Part shown: positions 16,147 to 23,877 of the stretch, in pieces
Numbering within the stretch: position 1 is the stretch's first letter
Layout: each line of letters opens with the position of its first letter
Assembly: GCA_964513705.1 (NCBI GenBank)
Contig: CAZENZ010000001.1
Span: 1-40,893, forward strand
DNA: 40,893 nucleotides
Reading direction: 5' to 3'
From: an uncultured Gammaproteobacteria bacterium
GTDB taxonomy: Bacteria > Patescibacteriota > Patescibacteriia > 2-12-FULL-60-25
The notes under the pieces: generated by a model
What the model was told of the DNA's origin: nothing
The model's database searches: none
What the model saw: the letters and a program-made list of their open reading frames with translations, nothing else
Translations under genes and position numbers: made by a program

Positions 16147-17091
16147 ATGGACCTTCAATCACCCGTCAATCTTCCAACGCAGCCAGCGCCTGCCTCGCCA
16201 CCGGTACCACCGATTAACTCTCCAGTACCTCCACCGATTCAGGCGATGCCAAGCGCGCCGGCGGCTATGCCGAGCGCTGCTGCGGATGATATGTTTTCGG
16301 GAGTAGATAAGGTTCCCGCTCCTTCTCCGATGTCTGCGCCACAGCCAATGTCTGCGCCTGTTCCTCCGATCGTTGCGAGCCAGGCTCCGATGCCTGCGAC
16401 TCCGGCAGCGCCTTCTCCTATGGCGCCACAGCGTGTGTTATCTCCTTTACCGGAGCCGCATCATCCACCGGTGTTGCACTACGTGTTGATTGCCTTGGCA
16501 GTAGTTGCGGTGTTGGGTGTGATTGCGGGAGGGGTTTGGTTTTTCGCCATTCGCCGTCCAGCTCAGCAGGTGATGGAGGCGTTGCCAGTTGCACCGGTTG
16601 CGACGTCAACGAATGATGCTATGACACCTTCTTCGGCTGCACCGATGGTTCCAGCGGATGAGCCTGTTGGAGGTACGACGGAATTCGGTGAGCCAGAAGA
16701 AATTCCTTCCAAGCCAGTCGTGACGCCTCCAGAGGGCGCCACGGTTCCACTGCCATCTTCGATTGATCCAAATGGTGTAGGACTGGGAGCCCCGACTTCA
16801 GCCACGGCAGATCAGGGTACGCCGCAGCCTGCCCCTGTTCAACCAGCTCAACCGGTTGATCAAGATGCGGATGGTCTGTCAGACGCGCGTGAAATCGAGT
16901 TAGGAACGAATCCAGCGCTCGCAGATACGGATAGCGATGGACTCACGGATGGAGATGAAGTACTAAAGCATCGAACCAACCCTCTTGTTCCAGATACGGA
17001 TGGTGATGCATATCCTGATGGGGTCGAGGTGCAAAAAGGCTTTAACCCACTTGGTCCAGGTAAGTGCGCAAATCCATCGTGTACGTTGTAG
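16147..17091 (+). CDS. Single-pass membrane protein: Pro-rich N-terminal region, TM helix, TSP3 repeats, Cys-loop C-terminal tail
   Basis: The ~110-aa N-terminal region is Pro/Ala/Met-rich (MSAPQPMSAPVPP...). TM helix: VLHYVLIALAVVAVLGVIAGGVWFFAI. TSP3 repeats: DQDADGLSDARE, DTDSDGLTDGDE and DTDGDAYPDGVE. The protein ends GFNPLGPGKCANPSCTL. Confidence 0.8.
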   Translation: MDLQSPVNLPTQPAPASPPVPPINSPVPPPIQAMPSAPAAMPSAAADDMFSGVDKVPAPSPMSAPQPMSAPVPPIVASQAPMPATPAAPSPMAPQRVLSPLPEPHHPPVLHYVLIALAVVAVLGVIAGGVWFFAIRRPAQQVMEALPVAPVATSTNDAMTPSSAAPMVPADEPVGGTTEFGEPEEIPSKPVVTPPEGATVPLPSSIDPNGVGLGAPTSATADQGTPQPAPVQPAQPVDQDADGLSDAREIELGTNPALADTDSDGLTDGDEVLKHRTNPLVPDTDGDAYPDGVEVQKGFNPLGPGKCANPSCTL

Positions 17092-17109
17092 AATTTTTTC
17101 TTTGTTCGT

Positions 17110-18525
17110 ATGGCACTTGCACCTTCTTCATCATCTCCTACTGCAGCCGGAGTGGCTGTCAAAAAAATGCCTGAGATCATCACGATCCCAGAGCAGTTCT
17201 ATGGAGTTGCCTTGAAATTGAAGGCGCTCACTTCCGCGGAAAAAGATGAGGCGGCACGTGTGCCGCCTCCGGCGCCTGCTGCTCCGAATCCAGCTGCCTT
17301 GATCCGTCCACCAGAAGCGCGTCGCACACCATGGGCAATGATCGGTGTTGTCGCAGGGGTGATTGTGCTGAGTGGGGGAGGATTTGTGTACTTCAACCGA
17401 GACGCCTTGTTTCGTAAGCAGGTTCCGGTGGTGGTCGTCGAACCAAAACCGATTCCTCAGGCGCCAAGCGGCTTATCAGCGCTGCCCAGTCAGGGAGCGA
17501 TTTCCTTGGCATGGACAGATGCGGCGAGTAACGAGCAGGGCTATCACATTGAGCGCAAAGATGGGGCGCTTGATTCAACCAATCCGTTTACCCGTATTAC
17601 AACGTTGCCCGCGAATAGCAATGCGTTTATTGATGTGACCGTGCAGCCGAGCACCTCTTATAGTTATCATGTGATCGCGACGGGTGAAGGTGGGGATTCG
17701 GCTCCATCGAACGATATGTCGGCGACGACTCCAGCATTACCGACACCGGAAGTGCCCAAGCCAACTCTTCCACCTGGCGGTCTTGACACCGACTCGGACG
17801 GTCTGACCGATGTTGAAGAGTCTTTGTATAATACAAACGCACAAAGACCTGACAGTGATGGTGATCGTTTTCTCGATGGCAACGAAGTGTTTCACTTGTA
17901 TAATCCAGCGACGGCGGCACCTGGTAAGCTCCTTGAATCGGGTCTCGTTCGTTCTTTTACCGCGGCGAGTGGTTGGGTGATGTATGTTCCGGCATCATGG
18001 ACCACTGGACCTGATCCGAGCGATGCGACCCGTGTCTTGCTCGAGACGGGCAGGGGCGAACGTTTCATTGTTTCTGTTGAATCCAATCCATCGAAACAAG
18101 ACGTGATTCCATGGGTTTCGGCACGCATTAATCAGCCCGTAGAAGCGCTCGGTGAGTTCACTACAAAGGGTGGTTTGCGCGGGGTGTATGCTCCTGATCG
18201 TATGCAAGCTTGGCTCGCCTGGGGGGATGCGGTGTTTCATATTACGTTCGATCTTCAGGCGCAGCCATTCGTCAACTTCCGCACGACCCTGGAAATGATG
18301 CTAAACTCTCTTGCGTTGAATGGAGCGGCGATTATTCCGACAACGCTTACCCCGTCTAACTCTGGCCCTGGATCGCTTTTGAATCTCCCGACGAGTTCAA
18401 CGCCAGATATGCTTTCCACGACCGCTACAACGACGGCCACTACTACAACAACGACAACACCGGTCACTGTAACCAATACAACCACCTCTACGCCGCCTGC
18501 GGCCAGCACTTCTACCACCCCATGA
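17110..18525 (+). CDS. Single-pass membrane protein: FN3 domain + TSP3 repeats + unassigned globular domain + Thr-rich tail
   Basis: TM helix: WAMIGVVAGVIVLSGGGFVYF. FN3 signature: PQAPSGLSALPSQGAISLAWTDAASNEQGYHIERKDG...YSYHVIATGEGGDSAPS. TSP3 repeats: DTDSDGLTDVEE and DSDGDRFLDGNE. The tail is TTATTTATTTTTTTPVTVTNTTTSTPP. The stop overlaps the ybeY start (ATGA at 18522-18525). Confidence 0.8.
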   Translation: MALAPSSSSPTAAGVAVKKMPEIITIPEQFYGVALKLKALTSAEKDEAARVPPPAPAAPNPAALIRPPEARRTPWAMIGVVAGVIVLSGGGFVYFNRDALFRKQVPVVVVEPKPIPQAPSGLSALPSQGAISLAWTDAASNEQGYHIERKDGALDSTNPFTRITTLPANSNAFIDVTVQPSTSYSYHVIATGEGGDSAPSNDMSATTPALPTPEVPKPTLPPGGLDTDSDGLTDVEESLYNTNAQRPDSDGDRFLDGNEVFHLYNPATAAPGKLLESGLVRSFTAASGWVMYVPASWTTGPDPSDATRVLLETGRGERFIVSVESNPSKQDVIPWVSARINQPVEALGEFTTKGGLRGVYAPDRMQAWLAWGDAVFHITFDLQAQPFVNFRTTLEMMLNSLALNGAAIIPTTLTPSNSGPGSLLNLPTSSTPDMLSTTATTTATTTTTTTPVTVTNTTTSTPPAASTSTTP

Positions 18526-18962
18526 TCCGTTTTTTGACTACAAGGCTTCCCTCGGAACTCCAAGAGACAGATCTGTCGCGTATCGGTAATGAACTGACAG
18601 CTCTTTTGCGTGTGAAAAAACCGGTGGAAATTTCCTTATCGTTTGTTTCCTCTCCGGCGATACAGGTATTAAACAAGCAGTATCGTAAAAAAGACCGTCC
18701 AACGGATGTTTTGTCGTTTTCAAGTCTTGAGGCGGCGCTCCCAAAAGGTATGGCAGAGTCCTCTTCCTGGGGCGACATCATCGTGTGTCCAGCTTACGCT
18801 AAGGTAGAGGCGAAGCGTCGCAGTATCTCGCTTCACGAAGAATTGGTGCGTCTGATAGTGCATGGTGTATTGCATCTGGCGGGGTACGATCATGCAACGA
18901 AACAAGATGAGCTCACGATGTTTGGTCTTCAGGAGCGTGTTGTTGAGCGGGTAACCGCCTAA
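18522..18962 (+). CDS. ybeY: rRNA maturation endoribonuclease YbeY
   Basis: The zinc-binding motif HGVLHLAGYDH is present, with TDVLSF upstream. The 146-aa length is typical of UPF0054/YbeY. Confidence 0.9.
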   Translation: MIRFLTTRLPSELQETDLSRIGNELTALLRVKKPVEISLSFVSSPAIQVLNKQYRKKDRPTDVLSFSSLEAALPKGMAESSSWGDIIVCPAYAKVEAKRRSISLHEELVRLIVHGVLHLAGYDHATKQDELTMFGLQERVVERVTA

Positions 18963-18966
18963 GTCT

Positions 18967-19341
18967 ATGTCGAGTCTTTTTCGATTCTTACGAAGTGTGA
19001 GGCATGCTGTACGGGGTGTCTTTTCTGTCTATCGAACGGAGCAAAATTTTCGCATCCAATGTGTGGGGGCGCTCTTCGCGAATACCCTCGCTCTTGCCTT
19101 GCCACTCACATGGGATAAGCGCTTGCTTATTCTCATTGTGTCTGTATCTGTCCTGGTGCTAGAATTGCTCAACAGCGCGATCGAACGCCTGCTTGACCTG
19201 TTAAAGCCACGGCTTAATGAGTACGCTGGAGAGGTCAAGGATGTGATGGCTGGAGCTGTATTGATTGCCTCTATTTCCGCTGTTGTGGTGGGTGTTTGTA
19301 TCTTCTGGCCCTATCTGACTCCTTTTCTTGTCCGCCTATGA
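18967..19341 (+). CDS. dgkA: Diacylglycerol / undecaprenol kinase (DgkA family)
   Basis: A 124-aa protein with three predicted TM helices and the conserved ELLNSAIERLLD motif. It occupies the canonical position after ybeY. Confidence 0.85.
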   Translation: MSSLFRFLRSVRHAVRGVFSVYRTEQNFRIQCVGALFANTLALALPLTWDKRLLILIVSVSVLVLELLNSAIERLLDLLKPRLNEYAGEVKDVMAGAVLIASISAVVVGVCIFWPYLTPFLVRL

Positions 19342-20612
19342 AAGATCACCTGATCGTTGGTGTCGATCTCGGGAGCTCGGCCATCCGGCTCGCGGTTGGT
19401 CAGGTATCGATCGGTTCGGACAAGCGAGAGGTTTTGAGTGTGATTGGGGCGGTCGAGGTGCCGTCTCAGGGGATTTCTAAAGGATCGGTGAATTCACTAG
19501 AAGATGTCGTCAGTTCAATTTCGGCGTCGCTCGAGCAAATCGAGCGCCAAATTGGCTTGCCGATTTCTGAAGTCTATTTGTCGATTGGCGGGGTGCATCT
19601 CACGATTCAGGCAGCGAAGGGAGTGATCGGAGTTTCTCGCCCGGAGGGGGAGATTCGTGAAGAGGATGTGCATCGTGCTCTTGAGGCAGCACGTTCGGTG
19701 GTGAACCCAGCCAACCAGGAAATCATTCACATCTTGCCGAAGGCGTTTAGTGTCGACGGTCAGACAGGGATTAAGGATCCAGTCGGAATGCAGGGGATTC
19801 GTTTGGAGGCGGAAGCGCAGATTATTCAGGGTTTTTCGGCGCATGTTCGCAATATCACGAAAGCCGCTTTCCGCACCGGTCTCGAGGTGCGTGAATTGGT
19901 GTTTGCGCCGCTCGCTTCAGCTGAGGCGGTGACGACACCACGTCAACGCGATGTTGGAACGGTTGTTATTAATGTCGGGGCTGGTACAACGAGCGTTGCG
20001 GTGTTCGAAGAAGGGGACTTGCTCCATGCGGCGATTTTTCCGTTGGGTGCGGACCATATTACTTCAGATCTCGCGATTGGCTTGCGTACGTCACTTGAGC
20101 TTGCCGAGCACATCAAGCGTCACTTTGCGAGTGCTCATGCTGATTCTGCGAATCGTTTCGAAGAGATTGATTTGCGTGAACTGGGCGGCGACCACACAGA
20201 GATTGTCTCGCGACGTTTTGTTTCTGATATTGCGCAAGCTCGTGCCGAGGAAATTTTTGAAAAAGTCGAAAAGGAGCTCAAGAAAATTGAACGAAGCGGA
20301 ATGCTGCCAGCGGGGGCGATTCTCACAGGTGGTGGGGTGAAGCTTGGTGGTATGACAGAAATCGCGCGTCAGGTCCTGCGTTTGCCAGTGTCGGTTGGAA
20401 CGCCTGCTGGAATCACGACGCCACTCACGGAACTCGTTCAAGATCCAGCGTTTTCCACAGCCGTAGGACTTGTCTTGTGGGGCTATAACGCGGAGCGCGA
20501 AGATGCTGGTGTCTCGACGAAAAATGGCTCAGGTTACGCAGCGAAAGGTGGAGAGGCGTTAAAAAAAATCAGTGAACCTCTCAAACGAATTTTTAAATCG
20601 TTCTTACCGTGA
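19338..20612 (+). CDS. ftsA: Cell division protein FtsA
   Basis: Actin-like ATPase motifs: IVGVDLGSSAIRLAVG, VINVGAGTTSVAVF and GGGVKLGGM. I place the start at ATG 19338 (MKDHLIVGVDLG), which overlaps the dgkA TGA (ATGA), rather than the track's upstream 19296. Confidence 0.92.
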   Translation: MKDHLIVGVDLGSSAIRLAVGQVSIGSDKREVLSVIGAVEVPSQGISKGSVNSLEDVVSSISASLEQIERQIGLPISEVYLSIGGVHLTIQAAKGVIGVSRPEGEIREEDVHRALEAARSVVNPANQEIIHILPKAFSVDGQTGIKDPVGMQGIRLEAEAQIIQGFSAHVRNITKAAFRTGLEVRELVFAPLASAEAVTTPRQRDVGTVVINVGAGTTSVAVFEEGDLLHAAIFPLGADHITSDLAIGLRTSLELAEHIKRHFASAHADSANRFEEIDLRELGGDHTEIVSRRFVSDIAQARAEEIFEKVEKELKKIERSGMLPAGAILTGGGVKLGGMTEIARQVLRLPVSVGTPAGITTPLTELVQDPAFSTAVGLVLWGYNAEREDAGVSTKNGSGYAAKGGEALKKISEPLKRIFKSFLP

Positions 20613-20625
20613 ACGATTTTTTCTC

Positions 20626-20654
20626 TTGACCCTGTCCGCACCGGTGAGTATGGT
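20626..20654 (+). promoter_or_regulatory. Sigma70-like promoter candidate upstream of ftsZ
   Basis: TTGACC (20626-20631), a 17-nt spacer, then TATGGT (20649-20654), all inside the 107-nt ftsA-ftsZ spacer. Confidence 0.35.
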
Positions 20655-20719
20655 GGCAGTGAACAACGTTTCTTCTCTCTATTGAGCCATTTTTGAACAC
20701 TCCTTGTAGACATTGTCCT

Positions 20720-22153
20720 ATGGCCGAAATCAAACCCGAAATCGAAGCGCTCGCCACCATCAAGGTGATTGGTGTTGGAGGCTCCGGTGGATCATCGCTG
20801 AATCGCATGATTGCTTCGAAGATTCGCGGGGTTGAGTTTATCGCCATGAATACGGACTTGCAGGCGCTGCATGCCTCGCAAGCCGGACAGAAGCTTCATA
20901 TTGGAAAGAGCATCACGCGTGGTCTTGGCGCTGGTATGGATCCAGAAGTGGGTCTTCACGCGGCTGAGGAAAGTCAAAATGAGATCAAAGAAATGCTGAA
21001 GGGCGCCGACATGGTGTTCATCACGTGTGGTCTTGGTGGTGGAACTGGATCGGGTGCGTCTCCGTATATCGCCAGCGTTGCAAAGGAAATGGGGGCACTC
21101 ACGGTCGCTGTTGTGACGCGTCCCTTTGGTTTCGAGGGTGCGCAGCGTCGCATGATCGCCGATGCTGCCTACGAAAAACTTGCCAATCAGGTCGACACCA
21201 TCGTCGCGATTCCTAACGATCGCATTCTCCAGATTATTGATCGCAAGACATCGTTGGTCGAAGCCTTCGAAATCGTGGATGATGTGTTGCGCCAAGGTGT
21301 GCAAGGGATTTCCGAGCTGATTACGGTTCCTGGGCTTATTAACGTCGACTTTGCGGACGTTCGTTCTGTTATGTTGAACCGCGGCTCCGCTCTCATGGGT
21401 ATCGGCCGTGGTCATGGTGACAACCGTGCCGCTGATGCCGCGAAAGCTGCTGTTGCATCGCCGCTCCTCGAAGTTTCCATTGACGGTGCCAAGGGGATCC
21501 TCTTCACGATTACCGGTGGTTCGAATCTCGGCATGTACGAAGTATCAGAGGCGGCAAAGGTTATTACTCAATCGGCTGATCCACAGGCAAAGGTTATCTT
21601 CGGTGCGATTATCGACGAATCGATGAAGGACGAGGTCAAAGTTACGGTTGTCGCGACAGGTTTCGAAACGCGTCCAGGGATGCCAAAGGCCAAGACCGTC
21701 CTTACGTCTGGCACTATTCAGCCACGTACGGGAACGATTTCGACGACGCCTCCTCCGGAGCCACTCGAAAAGTACTCGTTCCAAAACGCTCCTCGTGCTT
21801 CGGGAACTGTTCCAGCCGCCGCTCCAGCTCCACAGCAACCAAGCTACACGCAGCCTCAACCACAACAGCCTCAGCAGCAAGCACCGACCTACAGTAATTA
21901 CACCCAACAGCCGATTCAGCAGCAGTCTGAGTACGTGGAAGAGCCAGCTCCAGAGATCTACCGCAAACCACCAGCGCCAGCACCGGCCGCTCGTCAACCG
22001 CATGTGTCGCCGCCTTCTTATGCGGCTCCACAGTCTCAGCGTCCAGTAGCCCCACCCATTCCTCAGAAGCCGGTTCCTCCTCCGGCGCCCGCTGCTGCAT
22101 CGGACGAAGAAGATCTCGATATCCCGGCCTTTATCCGTAAGAAGTTGATGTAA
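20720..22153 (+). CDS. ftsZ: Cell division GTPase FtsZ with a long Pro/Gln-rich linker
   Basis: Motifs: [17 protein letters not shown], the tubulin signature [12 protein letters not shown] and NVDFADV. The C-terminal peptide is [12 protein letters not shown] prefer ATG 20720 (MAEIKPE...) to the track's TTG at 20693. Confidence 0.95.
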   Translation: MAEIKPEIEALATIKVIGVGGSGGSSLNRMIASKIRGVEFIAMNTDLQALHASQAGQKLHIGKSITRGLGAGMDPEVGLHAAEESQNEIKEMLKGADMVFITCGLGGGTGSGASPYIASVAKEMGALTVAVVTRPFGFEGAQRRMIADAAYEKLANQVDTIVAIPNDRILQIIDRKTSLVEAFEIVDDVLRQGVQGISELITVPGLINVDFADVRSVMLNRGSALMGIGRGHGDNRAADAAKAAVASPLLEVSIDGAKGILFTITGGSNLGMYEVSEAAKVITQSADPQAKVIFGAIIDESMKDEVKVTVVATGFETRPGMPKAKTVLTSGTIQPRTGTISTTPPPEPLEKYSFQNAPRASGTVPAAAPAPQQPSYTQPQPQQPQQQAPTYSNYTQQPIQQQSEYVEEPAPEIYRKPPAPAPAARQPHVSPPSYAAPQSQRPVAPPIPQKPVPPPAPAAASDEEDLDIPAFIRKKLM

Positions 22154-22156
22154 CCC

Positions 22157-22606
22157 ATGCACTGTCCCGTTTGCGGTCATACCGATACCAAAGTTCTTGA
22201 CTCGCGTTTATCACCGAACGGGACTTCGGTTCGTCGTAGACGCGTATGTGACACATGTGAATATCGTTTTTCGACACTCGAAGAAATTGAGCTTTTGGAT
22301 GTGACAGTGGTGAAACGCGACGGCCGACGTGAGGCGTATGCTCGTGAAAAATTGGAACGTGGTCTGCGACGTGCGCTTGAAAAGCGTCAGCATACGGATT
22401 CCGAATTTCGCACCCTTGTTCAATCTATAGAACGGAGCATCCAAAGAAGAAAGTCTGGTGAAATCAGTAGCACAGACGTGGGGCAAATCGTCATGGATGC
22501 TCTCAAAACCTTTGATAAAGTTGCCTATATTCGTTTTGCGTCGGTCTATCGTTCCTTTGAAGACATTAAAACCTTTCGCGACGAACTATCCGATTTGGTA
22601 GAATAG
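22157..22606 (+). CDS. nrdR: Transcriptional repressor NrdR (zinc ribbon + ATP-cone)
   Basis: MHCPVCGHTDTKVLDSR...RRRRVCDTCEYRFSTLE is the NrdR zinc ribbon. An ATP-cone follows. Confidence 0.95.
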   Translation: MHCPVCGHTDTKVLDSRLSPNGTSVRRRRVCDTCEYRFSTLEEIELLDVTVVKRDGRREAYAREKLERGLRRALEKRQHTDSEFRTLVQSIERSIQRRKSGEISSTDVGQIVMDALKTFDKVAYIRFASVYRSFEDIKTFRDELSDLVE

Positions 22607-22614
22607 TTCTACCT

Positions 22615-23847
22615 ATGTCTGCATCTCGTTGGATGGCTGCATATCTTGTAGCCGCGGTTGGAGCTGGTGCGTTGGGTGGCATTGCGGTGACGCGCTATGG
22701 GCAGCAACCGGTAGCTCCCGCAAATAGTTCTGTGCCGAGCGGACAGCTCGACACGCGCACACGTCCAGTCTCAGAACTTCGTAAAGAAGAGATGCAGACG
22801 ATTGATGTTGTGCGGCGTGCCTCACCAGCTGTTGTTTCGATCGTGATAACAAAAGAACTCACTACGCGAGCACCCGATGATTTTTTTTCAGACTTGTTTA
22901 ACAATCGCTTCTTTTTTTCGCCCAACGTTCAGCGACCTCAGACGGCTACGACGACCGCATCAGCCCCAAAACAACGATTGCGTGTGGGCGGTGGTTCTGG
23001 GTTTCTAGTTACTTCGGATGGCTATATCGTTACGAATCGTCATGTGGTGGATGATTCGGAGGCGGAGTACACGGTCGTATTATTGGATGGGCGTCAGTTG
23101 AGTGGAAAGGTGCTCGCCATTGACCCGGCGCTTGATCTTGCGATCTTGAAAATTGATGGCACAGGCTTTCCGTTCCTGTCGTTCGGCGATAGCGATAAGG
23201 CAGAAATCGGTCAGACGGTGATTGCGATTGGGAATGCGTTATCTGAATTTCAGAACACGGTGACGAAAGGTATTGTTTCTGGAGTGAATCGTCGATTGGT
23301 GGCTGGCACGCGCAGTGCGACTGAAGTGATTGAAGGTGCCATTCAAACCGATGCCGCCATCAATCCAGGGAATTCTGGTGGCCCACTCATCGATCTCCAG
23401 GGGAATGTACTCGGCGTAAATACAGCAATTTCAGAAAACGCCCAATCACTCGGCTTTGCCTTACCGATTGATGTCGCGAAGCAAGCTGTTGAAAGCGTAA
23501 AGCGTACGGGGAAGATTGTGCGTCCCTGGATTGGCGTACGTTACACGCAGGTTGATAAGGAGGTGGCTGAGCGGGAGAAATTATCAAAAGAGTACGGCGT
23601 CTTTATTCAACCGAGTAGCTCCTCTTCGTCACCCTCGGTTATTCCTGGATCTCCGGCGGATAAGGCGGGTCTTAGGGTAAATGATCATCTCCTTGAATTG
23701 AATGGTCAGAAGCTTGATGTGGCGCATTCGTTGGCATCGCTCGTATCGCGTCTCGCACCTGGCGACGAAGTTGAGCTCAAACTCATTCGTGACGGGAAAG
23801 AGCAGGTTGTGCGCCTCACGCTCGAAGAACGAAAGGCTAATCTCTAA
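22615..23847 (+). CDS. HtrA/DegP-family serine protease (S1C) with an N-terminal TM anchor and one PDZ domain
   Basis: Catalytic triad contexts: TNRHVV (His), DLAILK (Asp) and GNSGGPL (Ser). The PDZ-like C-terminal region includes GSPADKAGLRVNDHLLELNG. Confidence 0.9.
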   Translation: MSASRWMAAYLVAAVGAGALGGIAVTRYGQQPVAPANSSVPSGQLDTRTRPVSELRKEEMQTIDVVRRASPAVVSIVITKELTTRAPDDFFSDLFNNRFFFSPNVQRPQTATTTASAPKQRLRVGGGSGFLVTSDGYIVTNRHVVDDSEAEYTVVLLDGRQLSGKVLAIDPALDLAILKIDGTGFPFLSFGDSDKAEIGQTVIAIGNALSEFQNTVTKGIVSGVNRRLVAGTRSATEVIEGAIQTDAAINPGNSGGPLIDLQGNVLGVNTAISENAQSLGFALPIDVAKQAVESVKRTGKIVRPWIGVRYTQVDKEVAEREKLSKEYGVFIQPSSSSSSPSVIPGSPADKAGLRVNDHLLELNGQKLDVAHSLASLVSRLAPGDEVELKLIRDGKEQVVRLTLEERKANL

Positions 23848-23877
23848 TCATTTCCCATCTTTTCCTCTGCGCTCTGT

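Noticed and set aside
18415-18520. An ACx-rich nucleotide stretch as a possible tandem DNA repeat
   Set aside because: It encodes the Thr-rich tail of the 471-aa protein. The codons vary (acc, aca, acg, act) without a fixed period, so this is protein low complexity rather than a DNA tandem repeat.
20792-22180. Long antisense ORFs inside ftsZ (20792-21415, 207 aa; 21545-22180, 211 aa) and the alternative-frame ORFs 21648-22049 and 21714-22100
   Set aside because: They lie entirely within a gene that is unmistakably FtsZ on the plus strand. Their translations are Arg/Leu/Trp-rich low-complexity mirror images of the Pro/Gln-rich linker. No independent start signals are present.
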